A stretch of 64,000 bases of DNA from Octopus sinensis (lineage: Eukaryota). Under the pieces are notes generated by a model. The model searched no databases, was not told where the DNA came from, and was given only the letters and a program-made list of their open reading frames with translations. A program made the position numbers and the translations under genes. The stretch lies in contig NC_043025.1 in the NCBI RefSeq assembly GCF_006345805.1, positions 1,674,001-1,738,000 of the forward strand, read 5' to 3'. Below, piece by piece: positions 1 through 12,780 of this stretch; position 1 is the first letter of the stretch; the number at the start of each line of letters is the position of its first letter.

Positions 1-408
1 GCAAACTAACCAGGCCCAGAACACGTACTTTACTTCTTTTCTGCTCAGATCCCTTATTACTTTGCATCATTATAAGGTGCCAGATAACGAGAGAAGGCAT
101 GATAATGTTGAAGATGAGACTGATCGCAACAGGAGCCAGGAAAGCAGCATAGAAAGATGGTGCGGACAACCAACAGCTACAAAGAAAATAGAAAGGCAAT
201 AAAAGAAAGAAAGTTGTCAAATGTTCAGTTAATAAAATGAAGTATCACACAAGGATTTAAGTGGAGTGATTTCGATCCAAAGAAAACGAAAAAAATTTCT
301 CATGTTTGCGACAAATTATGTACGTTAATGAGTAGAAAATAATTATTGTACGTTTCGATATCCAGACACACAGAAACAAAGACATACACGCACACACACA
401 TACATTTA

Positions 409-415
409 TATATGC

Positions 416-454
<39 letters not shown>

Positions 455-471
455 AACACACACAGACACAG

Positions 472-531
<60 letters not shown>
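409..531. repeat. (CA)n followed by (TA)n microsatellite
   Basis: Directly visible dinucleotide runs. They explain the low-complexity ORFs 257..481, 300..554, 346..693 and 418..612. Confidence 0.97.
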
Positions 532-533
<2 letters not shown>

Positions 534-708
534 GTTTAAATATTTGTTGTGCAAGATTTTTTATGTGAAGTCGTGTGTTGAAACAGATATTGTTATATTT
601 CGGAATGGTCATTTTGCCAGTTTAGCCAATAAAAACACACGCACTATATATTTGGTGTTACTTTGCTTCAGTGTTATTTATTTTTTACATTAATTTTAAT
701 CTTGTTTC

Positions 709-753
709 GGCGAGAGTTCTTTCGTCACACTCCTGTGACCGCATCAGTGGTCC
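709..753 (-). ncRNA. Hammerhead-like motif in PLE1 left arm (variant core CUGAUGC)
   Basis: Reverse complement reads ggacca CTGATGC g gtcac-aggagt-gtgac GAAA g aa c TC tcgcc. Stem II is perfect, stem I has a mismatch and the core is non-canonical. Confidence 0.4.
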
Positions 754-2465
754 TTTGTTTTTTTTGTTTTGTTTTCTTCTTTCTTATTTGTGTCTCTCCT
801 TACTAACCGTCAGCCATTTTGTATTTCTATTGTATGTCTTCATTTGCGCATGCTTATATCTCTATGTTCGTCTATGTTTATTTAGTGTGTGTATGTGCGG
901 GGATGCCTGTAATATTTGTATCTTCTGTTTGTATGTGTGTATGTGTGTGTATGTGCGGGGATGCCTGTATATTTGTATCTTCTGTTTATATATGTTCATG
1001 TAATTTGTATTTTGTTTTTTGTTTTTGTTGTTTTTGTTTATTCTTATTTTGTTCTTGTGTTTACATCCACTTACTATTATCATTACATATGCTTGCGTGT
1101 ATAACAACAATACTAGTAATAATAATAATAAATCAAATCGAAAAAAATATATGAAAAAAAATAATAAAAATTTAAAAAAATTATAAATAAATAAAAATTT
1201 ATAAAAAAAAAACATATATATATATATATATATATATAGTTATTTATTTCTATTAATTTATTTATCGGTGTATTTATTATGTTTTCAGGATCCTCTATCG
1301 TCATATGTTGTGGTATGAGTTAGTTTTCTATTCAGGCTAGGTTTATTTTCTATTATGTGTGTAGCTTCTGTAATTTGTCTAATTGTTGCATCTGATCTAT
1401 GTGTGGATAATATTTATTACTATGTTATTGATTGATTCCCCCGTGTTCCTGTTCGGCGTGTTGGTACAGAATCGATGAGCTTTTACATTCCTTGAGTTGT
1501 CTCCAATGCCCATTTACCCGGTCTCCTATGCTTCTTGCCGTTTCCCCTATGTATGTCGTTGTCTTGTTACTGCATCGTCCCTCTATACATCTTATACTAT
1601 AGACTACATTTCTGACTTTATAGTTTGTTTGTGGGCTAAATCTACATACAGTACAGTACTTATCCGTACAGGGGGTTCTACTAAAAGGATAGGTTCTACC
1701 AATTATAGATTTGATATGGTTGCCTGGCTTTTCAACAACCTTAATTCTTAGTTTAAGTTTGTCTAGAGGCCTTCTAAAACGGTACGCCAGTTCACCTCCA
1801 GGGGTGGTGTCAACGAACATGACACTCTGGTATTTATGGCTATCATACCAAGAGTTGGCCTTCCCTATTTTCTTTTTTTGTCCTTTCTATAGTGTTCCAT
1901 GACTTGTTCCTATAGAGTGGGCAAATCCCATTCCTATCATTACATAATATATTATCAAATTTCTTAATGGCTCCTTTGTATACACTGATCCTTTCTTTAT
2001 GGCTGTAACCTGAGAACTGCATGCGGTGAATGAAATATTGTATGTGTCTCTTTAACTCTGTAGGCTCGCACATGCATGACACATTTCTCATTATTCTGAC
2101 GAGGTCTGCCGTCAAAATATTGAATTTGGCATTGTCCGCAATGGCTGAGTTCCGGTGGATCAAGTATTTTGAGGCCATAGGTTTGGCATAGTATGAATGA
2201 AGGATTTGGGTTTTATTATTCACAATTTCTGGCCAGAGTTCTGTGTCTAGTACCGGTAGTCTATGGTTGGGGGTGTTTAGTGGGGTAGTCTATTGTGACC
2301 TTAATACTCTGGTTGATGGAGTTAGCTATTTGCTGGATGCTCTCCATAGTATTAGTTTATATTACTATATCAACATTACTCTCTTGTGGGGGTGCCTTTA
2401 CCATTATGTTGATATCATCAACATAGCGAGAGTACATGTTTACGAGTATGGGGTTCTGTGTTAGG

Positions 2466-2808
2466 CTGTACTGTATGTAGCTTTAGCCCACAAGCAAACT
2501 GTAAAGCCAGAAATGTAGTCTATAGTATAATATGTATAGAGGGACGATGCAGTAACAAGACAACGACATACGTAGGGGAAACGGCAAGAAGCATAGGAGA
2601 GCGGGTAAATGAGCATTGGAGACAACTCAAGGAAGGTAAAAGCTGATCGATTCTGTACCAACACGCCGAACAGGAACACGGGGGATCAATCAATAACATA
2701 GGAATAAAAATATTATCCACACATAGATCAGATACAACAATTAGAAAAATTACAGAAGCTACACTCATAATAGAAAATAAACCTAGCCTGAATAGAAAAC
2801 TAGAATAG
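2466..2808 (+). pseudogene. Inverted duplicate of the PLE1 GIY-YIG endonuclease domain
   Basis: Reads ARNVVYSIICIEGRCSNKTTTYVGETARSIGERVNEHWRQLKEGKS*, continuing in frame to ..RKITEATLIIENKPSLNRKLE*. The internal TGA corresponds to TCA (Ser) in the other arm. Confidence 0.85.
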
Positions 2809-2893
2809 ACCACTAACACACACCACAACATATGACGATAGGGGATCCTGAAAACATAATAAATACACAGATAAATAAACTAATGGAAATAAA

Positions 2894-2929
<36 letters not shown>

Positions 2930-3326
2930 TTTATAAATTTTTTTATCGATTTATAATTTTTTTTAAATTTATTTTTTATTTTTTATTTATTTTTTATTTT
3001 TTATATATTCTTAGATTCGATTTATTATTATTACTAGTATTGTTGTTATACATACAAGCATATGTAATAATAATAATAAGTGGATGTAAACACACGAACA
3101 AAATAAGAATAAACAAAAACAACAAAAACAAAATACAAAATAAAAATTACATGAACATATATAAACAGAAGATACAAATATTACAGGCATCCACCCACAT
3201 ACACACATTAAATAAACATAGACGCACATAGAGATATAAGCATGCGCAAATGAAGACATACAATAGAAATACAAAATGACTGAGACACAAATAAGAAAGA
3301 AGAAAAAAACCAAAAAAACAAACAAA

Positions 3327-3371
3327 GGACCACTGATGCGGTGACAGGAGTGTGACGAAAGAACTCTGGCC
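3327..3371 (+). ncRNA. Hammerhead-like motif in PLE1 right arm
   Basis: ggacca CTGATGC g gtgac-aggagt-gtgac GAAA g aa c TC tggcc. Stem I cca/tgg is intact and stem II has one mismatch. Confidence 0.4.
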
Positions 3372-3511
3372 GAAACAAGATTAAAATTAATGTAAAAAAT
3401 AAATAACACTGAAACAAAATAAAACCATATATATAGTGCGTGTGTTTTTATTGGCTAAACTGGCAAAATGACCATTCCGAAAAATAACAATATATATATA
3501 TATATATAGCC

Positions 3512-3574
3512 AGATAACCGAAGAGATGGTGTTGTGGATTTCCACTTCGGCATCTGAAACTCAGAGTTTTATCT
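3512..3574 (+). ncRNA. Type I hammerhead-like ribozyme in 5' pLTR of PLE2
   Basis: Stem I agataa/ttatct, core CCGAAGA (U4 to C variant), stem II gatg/catc plus one extra U, GAAA, stem III actc-a-gagt, GUU triplet. Confidence 0.6.
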
Positions 3575-3779
3575 TGACTACCGAGTAATGTAACATATTG
3601 TATAGATAAATTTCCTCTATTTACATAATATTGAGGTCTCTATCTTTCTTTTGTTATCTTACCGTTTTATCAATAAATCACCTCCCGGACGACGTTATTC
3701 TCAACTAAGAGCTAATACGACCTTTTTGGGATTATCGCATAACATCGGTCGAGGACTCTCACAAACAAAAGAATCTAAT

Positions 3780-5886
3780 ATGGACGCATATCACATAGAT
3801 TATTCTATGAAAAATATACCGATCCCATCAAAGGATCTTTACTCTAAGAAACTTCTGCAGAAAATTACTGATGTAATTAAGCGTATGAGATGGAAGGCTT
3901 TCTTTTTTGACACAAAAGCGAACACCAAGGACAACATTTTCTATCAAATAAAATCCAAAAAATTCCCTCCCAGGATTAAAGGCTTGGAAGATTTCGAAGC
4001 GGACCTGCTGAAAATCATGAGCAAAATAAAATTTCGTAAGTCTTTTAACGATTTCCAACATAAATTGAAAAAAGATATTAATCATATAAAAAGCTCCAAG
4101 AAAAAAGCACTTTTTTCGAATAAAACCAAGAACTTATACCTGGTAGATAACAGCAAATACACACAACTCTTACACAACAGCATCATTAATAATTACACTA
4201 AGGCTAGGGCACAGACATATAACGAAATTAATAAAGAAGCTAGCGTCATCGCCGCTAAACTTAAATTAGATAAAAAAAATAGAAGCCCTCCCCCAAAAAG
4301 AGGCCTTTATTACTAGTAAAGATCACAAAGAAAACTTCCTTTCCAACCCTAAATGTAGGCTTATCAACCCAGCCAAGTCAGAACTAGGGATTATTAGCAA
4401 AGAAATTTTAGATAAAATAAATACGAAAATTAAGACCGATACTAGGCTAGTGCAATGGTCCAATAGTATAGAAGTCGTAGACTGGTTTAAAGCTATTAAG
4501 AATAAGAAAAAAGCGAGGTTTACACAATTCGATATTGTTGATTTTTATGCCTCTATCTCTAAAGAACTGCTAGATAAAGCCCTAATCTTCGCTAGTGACT
4601 TCATAGAAATTAGTACCAATGATAAGGATATAATCTTCCATGCTAGAAAGACATTACTTTTCAGTGAGAATGCAAAGTGGGTAAAAAACACCGACACGGA
4701 GGGCGCTTTCGATGTGAGCATGGGTTCATATGATGGGGCAGGCATCTGTGATCTAATTGGACTCTTTCTCCTAGATACCTTCGGTAAGACATTCCCTAAC
4801 GTACATTTCGCCATCTACAAAGATGATGCCCTCGCCTTAACAGCTAATACAAATGGACCAGCACAAGATCGTTTTAGGAAGGATATTATCCAGTTAATGA
4901 AACACTTCGGACTTAGTATAACTATAGACACTAACCTGACGGTTGTCAATTTCTTAGACGTTTCCTTAGATCTTAATAATAATAGACTTAATAGACTAAG
5001 TTATATTAATGTAGGTTCATGCCATCCCCCTATAGTATTCAAAAATTTAGTTAAAAATATTAGTAAGAGGATTTCTAGCCTCTCATCTAATGAGGACATC
5101 TTCAATAGCATTGCCCCAGTTTATAATAAAGCTTTAAAAGATAGTGGTTTTGGCGAAAAAATAAAATATACACCTATCACTAGCCCAACAGTAAGGAAAA
5201 GGAATAATAGAAATAGGAAGGTCATCTGGTTTACGCCCCCTTACTCACCCGAGGTGGCCTTCAATATAGGTAAATATTTCCTAGCACTGATAGATAGACA
5301 TTTTCCAGTTAACCATGCTTATAGGAAACTCTTCAATAGACATAATTTAAAAATTAGTTTTAGTTCAACTACCAATTTTAAAAACATAATCAATCATAAC
5401 ATACAAAAACCACAAGAAGAAAACAGCTGTTCATGCAGGAATAAAGAATTGTGCCCGCTAAATGGAGCTTGCATGTCCAAGACCATCATATATGAAGCTA
5501 CCGTAAACTCTATAACCACTAAAGACACCGTTTCAACGAAGAAATACGTGGGCCTTACAGAGGGTAATTTCAAGGCCAGGTTCAATAACCACACTTTGAG
5601 CTTTAGGCACTGGAACAAAAGAAAAGCGACACAATTATCCAATCATATTTGGTTTTTAAGAGATAAAGGTGTCGATTATAACATACAATGGAAGATTTTG
5701 GCCAGACGTAAGCCCTATACTAACGGCAGCGGAAGGTGCGGTTTATGCGACATGGAGAGATGGCTTATCTGGAAAAGCAGCTTAGACCCTACCACATGTC
5801 TAAATACAAGGACAGAGCTTTTCGGATCATGCCCACATGTGACTAAATTTCTGTTACGTTTTTGGTCCCCTAAAGAAAACGGATAG
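3780..5886 (+). CDS. PLE2 reverse transcriptase / GIY-YIG endonuclease ORF, interrupted by a +1 frameshift in an A8 run (4272-4279)
   Basis: Motifs: YSMKNIPIPSK..KRMRWKAFFF; after the frameshift EAFITSKDHKENF..KCRLINPAKSELG; QFDIVDFYASI; MGSYDGAGICDLIG; YKDD; NFLDVSLDL; CSC..CPLNGAC; YVGLTEGNFKARFNNH; CGLC..E..LNTRTE..CPH. Removing one A joins 3651..4316 to 4450..5886. Confidence 0.85.
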
Positions 5887-6094
5887 AACATGCTTTCTGT
5901 GTTATGTCCCAAGAAGAATTTATATATTTTTATATTTTTATATATTTTTATATATATATATTTTTATGTATTTTTATATAATTTTTATGACGAAAAATGC
6001 GAGCGATGTATAAGTACGCAGGCAAAGCAGAGTTATAACAGAGTAATTTCCCTTCATTTTTAACGGTATTTTTTCATAACGTTTTCAAATAGCC

Positions 6095-6157
6095 AGATAA
6101 CCGAAGAGATGGTGTTGTGGATTTCCACTTCGGCATCTGAAACTCAGAGTTTTATCT
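6095..6157 (+). ncRNA. Type I hammerhead-like ribozyme in 3' pLTR of PLE2
   Basis: Identical copy of 3512-3574. Confidence 0.6.
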
Positions 6158-6436
6158 TGACTACCGAGTAATGTAACATATTGTATAGATATATATATAT
6201 ATCAGCTGAACGGACGCGCTCGAAAGGTAAATATATTTTTAAAAAATAGTTTAAGTAGTAAGCCTAGTTGATGGCAAAGTGCATGTCATTAGTGTTTATA
6301 TATACTATTAATTTTTCTATCAGTAATTGAAACAGCACAAAGCCTTTTCAAGGCCAATGTCAGCTCCCTCGTTGGTCAGTGTGTATTAAACACACGCTAG
6401 TTCTTTTTTGTTCCCTGATCGAACAGGAATACGAAT

Positions 6437-6437
<1 letters not shown>

Positions 6438-6498
<61 letters not shown>
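6438..6498. repeat. (ACT)n trinucleotide microsatellite
   Basis: Visible run. It explains the poly-Leu ORF 6379..6723. Confidence 0.97.
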
Positions 6499-7424
6499 GT
6501 GATGCAGCACTACAGCAACTACAATAATATCATCAACAGCACAGGAAGCAACTACAACCTGACAGCCAACCTATCCCTCTCATATCCTGTGGTTAGAGAA
6601 CAAATCCAAGCTGGTGACAAAAGCAACAGCGATAAGATCACTTGCCGTGGCTACAGAAGTAAGGACAAAAAGTACGATCTTGGTTTTCTTACGCTGAATC
6701 TTCACCGAGGAAATTACAAGTGAGCAATGGACTCTCTGAGAAGTCTTTTGGCATGATAGAAAGAGTAGTTACATCTCTTTCAAATCGCACTTAACATCGC
6801 AGAGAAAAGAAAAGATCAGATAGTGGGATTCTTTATGTGGATGTCCATGTGAACAGTGCGGGCAATTGGTGCCACCTATGCCTTGCATACGCTGGTGTAA
6901 CATTTCGTTTAAGGGAGGCTTGTAGCAAATTACACAGGGCTAACTTGGTGTCCAAAAACCTTGGCCAGCAATCACGTTACAGCTGGTGTTGTATCTGGGG
7001 TAGCCCTTTACATGAAAATCTCAAATAAACACAGCCACGGAGACAACTGTAAAAAATTATTACCATTCTTTGCTATAACGATAACAATTTCAAACCCAAG
7101 TAACGGTACGAACGGGAAAACTACCCTAGATGTCCAAGACACCAGATCTACTGCACCCAACAGGGTACGCTCAGAGGGCAATGAGGTGGAAGACCAGACT
7201 CCACCCTGTCGTTGTCCTTTTAATAACTGCAAACAAGACCTGCCAGAGTATGCTTTTAATGCAAAGAGACTCAACAAAATTTGGACTTAACAAAAACGGA
7301 CAGGTACAAAGTAGCAAGAAAGTGGTATGAATGCAAGCCAGAGGATATGACAAAGAATAATAATTTACAGACTACTATGGGGTCTATTCATAAAGACTTG
7401 CCATACTACTGAGCCAGAACATTA

Positions 7425-7884
7425 GAGAGGATTTTAAAGAAGATGAAAGAATTGTAACTGTGTAAGATGATAGATTTTGCAATACTAAATGTTGGTAGAA
7501 TTGATATCAAAGAGATCGAGTAAACAGAGATATCCGAAACTAATCAAAGATCTGAAGAAATTGTGAAAGACTATTGACAGTTGTTCCTGAGATTATTGAT
7601 GTTCTGGTTTCGACACCCAAACTGCTTTCTAAGAAAGCGATGGTTACTGGAATGAATTGGCATCGTGTATTCTTCAAAAATGTAAAGATTTGACGAGACT
7701 TATCATAAACGCTTTAATAAGACAGGTGTGTGTCCCACACTTTCACAATTTCTTCAGATCTTTGATTAGTTTCGGATACCTCTGTTTACTCGCTCTCTTT
7801 GATATCAATTCTACCAACATTTAGTATTGCAAAATCTATCATCTTTCACTGTTACAATTCTTTCATCTTCTTTAAAATCCTCTC
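7425..7884. repeat. Inverted repeat with 145-bp arms (7425-7569 / 7740-7884) and a 170-bp spacer
   Basis: gagaggattttaaagaagatg..ttgtgaaag is the reverse complement of ctttcacaa..tttaaaatcctctc, with about four mismatches. Confidence 0.9.
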
Positions 7885-9546
7885 AACTGCTGCTCCTACT
7901 GCAGTCATTAGAAGGTGACGCCATCCCACTGTTCACCTTCTTTGTATGATCCTACTTAGTATAATGTTTGCTTACAGTAGTCTCCATACACTAAACCAAA
8001 TATTAGGAGAATTATGACAGATCAGAGAACAACTACAAAATAAATAAACAAAATAAATGGCATAACTGAAATTGATTATTGGGGTTGCTTTGAAATACGC
8101 TGCCACAAGCACCGCATCATTCGCATGATGCAGAAAATATGCTACAACGTTGCTTCATCGATCATTTTTTATGTGCATTGTAGAGGTAGTCAATAATGAA
8201 GTGGAATGGATGAAGGAAGGTGGTGAGGTATTTTCATATATATCCATTAAAAATTTTAGTTTAATGTGTTTAAAGTTTAAAGTTGTACAGATTTTCTGGT
8301 TGCATGGAGAAACTAAATGAATTAAATGAATTGGTTGCAGCAGTTGGTCTTAGGAATAAATTCAAGTTGTGAGGACCAAACGAGGTTATGAGAGTGCCAG
8401 AAGTTCCAGAATTTCTCTGACATAGGAATTTCTCCCTGTAGAAAGTGTTGACGTGCTTATAAGGATGTCGCAGAAAAATACCTCTTGCTATCAGTGGGAT
8501 ATGTTTTATACGCTTTATACGCACCTTTGACAAGTTGTGGTGCACCTGAGCACGGTATACATTGATTTCATTATTATTATTATTATCATCTGTTGTAGAA
8601 TATTTACATTGCTTATAATGGACATGTGATGCGTATGAATGAGGACAGCTGCATAAAGAAGAGCTGATCATTGAAAGTGGATGGTACCTGTGGAAGAGGG
8701 AGACCCAAGAAGACACGGCATCAAGTGATTAGGACTGATCTCAGGAAGCTGGCCCTCACAGAGGAAATGATAATGGACCAAGATGTCTGGCGATATGAAT
8801 TCCTTGAGAAGACCCACCCACATCAGCAAAACTGAGTTCTGGAAGCGCTGTGTAGAGAACTTCTCCCACATTCTGCCACAACGAACCACACTTCATCTCT
8901 ACATCGCTTCCTCACATTTCTACTTCATGCTCTATGCTTACCTCCCACTCCCCAATCTTGTCCCCTTGACCTGGTGCCACTTTACCATTGCCCTCTGCTT
9001 GACCCTGACCTGTGCGTTCTACCCACATGCCATGTCTCTATTATTGCCATCTGCCAGCCTCCGACCTGGGTGTTCCACACGTAACAAGAAAACGTGTCCT
9101 TCACCCAACCTCAACAAACCAATTTACATCTCTTTCTAGCATTCCTCCTTCATTCACTATGCCTAGCTCTCTCTCTCTCTCTCCTTGCCAAGCTCTCTCT
9201 CTCTCTATCTCTCCCCTTGCCTAGCTCTCTCTCTCTCCTTGCTTAGCCCTCACTCCCCTGTTCTCTCCTCACCCCCCGTGTTTCTATGCATCGTTGCCAT
9301 CCAGTAGATCTTTCTTACTTTATATATACCCAGGTCCTTCACCACTTACTTGCTCTTCCTTCACAATATCCGGTCACTTGTATTATGGCATTTGAACCTC
9401 AAACCTATGCCCTGGCACTTGCTGCTATTTATATTTCTCTCTCTTCCTTCACTCAACCATCTCATTTATACTCTGAACTCCGTTCCTTGTGAGCATGACC
9501 AGCATTTTGCCATCATCTCCACCCTGCTGCCTCCCCACCCCACACA

Positions 9547-9585
<39 letters not shown>

Positions 9586-10754
9586 CTGCACTTCCCTAAG
9601 GTTGAGCAACTGTGTATTTTCTTTGTGATAGCACACCTCTTTCTGTCTTCATTCGTGATCTTTCTCTCTCCGGCTGGGTAACCTTGTACTTCCTCTTCAG
9701 CAAGATGCCTATATCTGTCTCATTATAACCTTTTCATCATCACCTCCTCTCCTTTTAGATGTTTTTTGTCATGCATGTCACCCTCTCAATGCAGGTGCCA
9801 CTTAAAAAATCACCAAGTCCACACTGTAAAGTGGTTGGTGTTCGGAAGGGTATCCAGCTGTAAAAACCTTGCCAAAACTGACCTCACCTGTGCTTGCGCC
9901 ACATAAAAAGCACTGAGTTCACTCTGCTGAGTGGTTGGTGCTGTGAAGGACATTCAGCTGTAAAAACCTTGCCAAAACCGACCTCACCTTTTAATTAATA
10001 AGTTACTGTTATCACTTTAGTTAGAATAAGTTTATAAGAAATTTGATACAAAATAATTTGTTTTAACATAAATAATTTTTAATTACATATTAATTTCAGA
10101 ATAAAGAGTTTTGATCTAATTTGAATATTTTTTAAATATTTAATTTCAGAACAACTCTTATCACAGAAAACTACAATTCCAAACCCTGTTTCATTTCGCT
10201 TGATTTTGCAAAGGAGAGTTTCCTCTCGCATGATTTTATTGACAAAAAGAAGTCCTTCTCAGAGGTTTCGTGTGTTTTACTTAGGATGTCATCTGAGTTG
10301 ATGATGTTAAAGTCTTGGAATTTAATTGCAAATTGAAATGCAATAAAAGTTCAGTTGTATGAAATATTGTAGGGAAAAAAGGGTTCATTCCCATTATCCG
10401 ATGTTATTTGGAAAGAAGGTGTCATTGTGGCTTTTCTACAGTCACATGGAATTAAAATAAACAAATGTTGTGTCATTATTTCCAACAAGACAAGAGTTTT
10501 TAACACAGTTTTATTTTTGGATTTTAAAATTTTGGATTTATTTTTAAGTGTATAATCACCTCCAATAAAGGGATTTCTTTGTGGTAGATAATCTGCTAGA
10601 AGTAGTAGTCAAATCCACCACAATTCACACTTTGTCACCTTAAAGAAGAATACACTGGACAATGTTTTTCTGGCTCCTCTACATGAAGGATAAAGACAGG
10701 ATGGCCATGGCTGGAATGCGTTTGATCATAGATCACTGTTTGGTTGACATGAGA

Positions 10755-10972
10755 CTAAACATTTCCATGGGAATTCACTGAGTCTAGATATGTTAATGCC
10801 TCTTTACAATGACGTGACTTAAGAGCATTTCTGAGTGTTTCGAATGGGTGTTTCTTTGAATCACATCCCTTGAACCAATAGTGGAGCATCTGGAAAATCT
10901 GTTCTTTAGTATTTTTTGGATAGTCATTGATGATAAAGTCCAGCTCAGTTTGTGGAACTCCTAATTCCCTTC
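10755..10972 (-). CDS. Module A terminal exon: death domain C-terminal part
   Basis: Acceptor ttttgcag, phase 1. Encodes (G)RELGVPQTELDFIINDYPKNTKEQIFQMLHYWFKG..FETLRNALKSRHCKEALTYL..*, matching the death-domain pattern GRELG..I..D....EQ..QML..W. Confidence 0.85.
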
Positions 10973-11399
10973 CTGCAAAACATACAAAAATAATAAATAA
11001 TTGCAACAACATTAAGAATAAAATAAGAGATGCATATTGCAGATTGTAATAACTATAACAACAATATTATATCGGGAGAGAAATTTGAAAATAGGTCAGA
11101 AAAATGAAAAATATTAGACATTGTTCTCTATTTCTAGGAATGATGATTAAAAGATAACAAAGAAATTGAAATAAAGGATTGAAATTGAGAAAATTGTGTT
11201 TTAAAAGAATTGAAAATTACATTTGAGAGAATTTCTGGTAAAGAGATGGCAGGGAAAATGGTTGTGTGGGTAATAGCGTATGAGACCCTAAAGAATCAAT
11301 TAATATCACCCAAAGAGTCACATTATCTCATCCATCTATTCATATTCTCTACCCTCTATTCATAAAAGGGTTGTGGGGGTAGAGTCGCCAGGGAACCCC

Positions 11400-12780
11400 C
11401 TTCAAAGTTACTTTCATCTTACTGTCCAGTTGGATTCTCAAGCTTGACCAATTAAGACTTTAGATATTATCCAACAATCTCATTCTTGGTCTATTCCTTG
11501 GTCTCCGGTCAAGTGGCTCAGCTTAAAGAATCCGTCTTGCAATTCTTTCTTGTGACAGTCTAATCTCATGTCCATAGAACTGGAATTGTGACCCCTCAAT
11601 GCAGGGAAATAGTGGCTCAACCTGGAGAGACTCCCAAATCTCTGAGCCGTGCGCCTCCTTTTGAGTAACAGAGACCATTTAAAGGAATCCCATTTCAGCT
11701 GCTTTGAATCATCACCTGATCAATACCTGGAATAGTCATCAGTGATGTCTCTCCTACTTCTCCTACACTCACTAATTAACAATTAAAACATATCAACATT
11801 TAGAAATAACTTTAACTATCAATACCAGTAATATTAGGTACACCTGGACCAATTAAAATACAAATAAGCATGACACCAGAATGGCCTTAATTTCACAAAA
11901 TACAAAATATAATACTGTTAGGTACACAACACATATTTTAAAAGACACCAACTTAACCATTTTGGGTTCATGACTCGTAATAAAGATTTCTTTTACTGGA
12001 CCAATGCCACAATTTACAGAGAAGTCCGATAATGGAGAGGTTTTGGAGTAAAGCTAACAATGAGAAGAGTTTTAGTTTTGTAGGAAAGAAGACGGGGTCA
12101 CCACCATCTACACCATACACATGTAGACGCTTAGGGCCTGAAGGAATCACTGCATCTACCAACCTCTACATCATCTGGTGAAGTTACCATATTTCATAAG
12201 CAGGTAGAAGGGGTTAATAGGGATTCTATACTGTGCATTCAATGCACACAATGGGTGATGTGGGGTCAGAGGCAAGTTGATGGAGAGGAAGGAGTTTGTG
12301 AGTAGTAGATATACAGGAATAGTTAGTTGTAAGAACAACTGTGAAAGGCATGGACGATAGTTTCTGTTACCTAGGTGACATAATTGGGAGTGGGGGAAAC
12401 TATTCTGAAAGTAAGGTGATTAGAGAAAAAACTGAGGTGGCAAAATATACAGGGAGCTGTTATCCCTACTGACAAATAAAGAATTCTCTTTCTGAATGAA
12501 GGGTAGATTGTATGATGTATATTTGTAAAGTGCAGCGATGCATTGAATGTGGAGGATGTATGAAAACTGGCAAGAAATGAGGTGAGAATACTTCACGAGA
12601 AGTGTAATGTTAGTGTATTGGAATGCTGGAGAACAGATGAGCTGGAAGAAAAACTGGGTCTCAGTAGAATCAGAGATAGGGCACAAGAGAAGAAATGGCA
12701 CAGTCATGGGAAGAGTATGGAAGATGAAAATTGGATAAAGAAGTGCCAGAATATCCAAATGGAAGAAAACAAGAGGTTAA
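11400..12780. mobile_element. Degenerate RTE-type LINE fragments (minus about 11400-11760, plus about 12040-12780)
   Basis: Remnants resemble the RTE copies at 31.6-33.2 kb and 45.3-47 kb (CRKGV.R.SI.C..C zinc motif; gatagtttctgttacctaggtgac). There are many stops. Confidence 0.6.

Larger units (their letters stand above)
532..3492 (-). mobile_element. Penelope-like element 1 (Neptune-like, degenerate, 5'-truncated) with an inverted copy of its 3' end at the 5' side
   Basis: Minus-strand RT remnant: RYVDD at 2414-2428, then IANSINQSIKVTIDYP and YAKPMASKYLIHRNSA (1843..2223). Cys-rich linker CTDKYCTVC and GIY-YIG motif RNVVYSIRC..YIGETARS..R..H (1425..1820). About 590-1655 is repeated in inverted orientation at about 2466-3492. 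Stops and frameshifts are present. The clade label is inference. Confidence 0.88.
3506..6191 (+). mobile_element. Penelope-like element 2 (Naiad-like by motif resemblance), near full length, with two identical 103-bp direct pseudo-LTRs, inserted in (TA)n
   Basis: 3506-3608 is identical to 6089-6191. (TA)n lies on both flanks. It encodes RT plus a C-terminal GIY-YIG domain. The clade label is inference. Confidence 0.92.

Noticed and set aside
2641-2646. In-frame TGA in the GIY-YIG copy as selenocysteine (reported for some PLEs)
   Set aside because: The other arm has TCA (Ser) at this position, so it is a nonsense mutation. PLE2 has no in-frame TGA either.
6500-7424. Short ORFs (109 aa and others) as a host gene or Mutator-like transposase
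   Set aside because: No recognisable catalytic motif or consistent splice structure.
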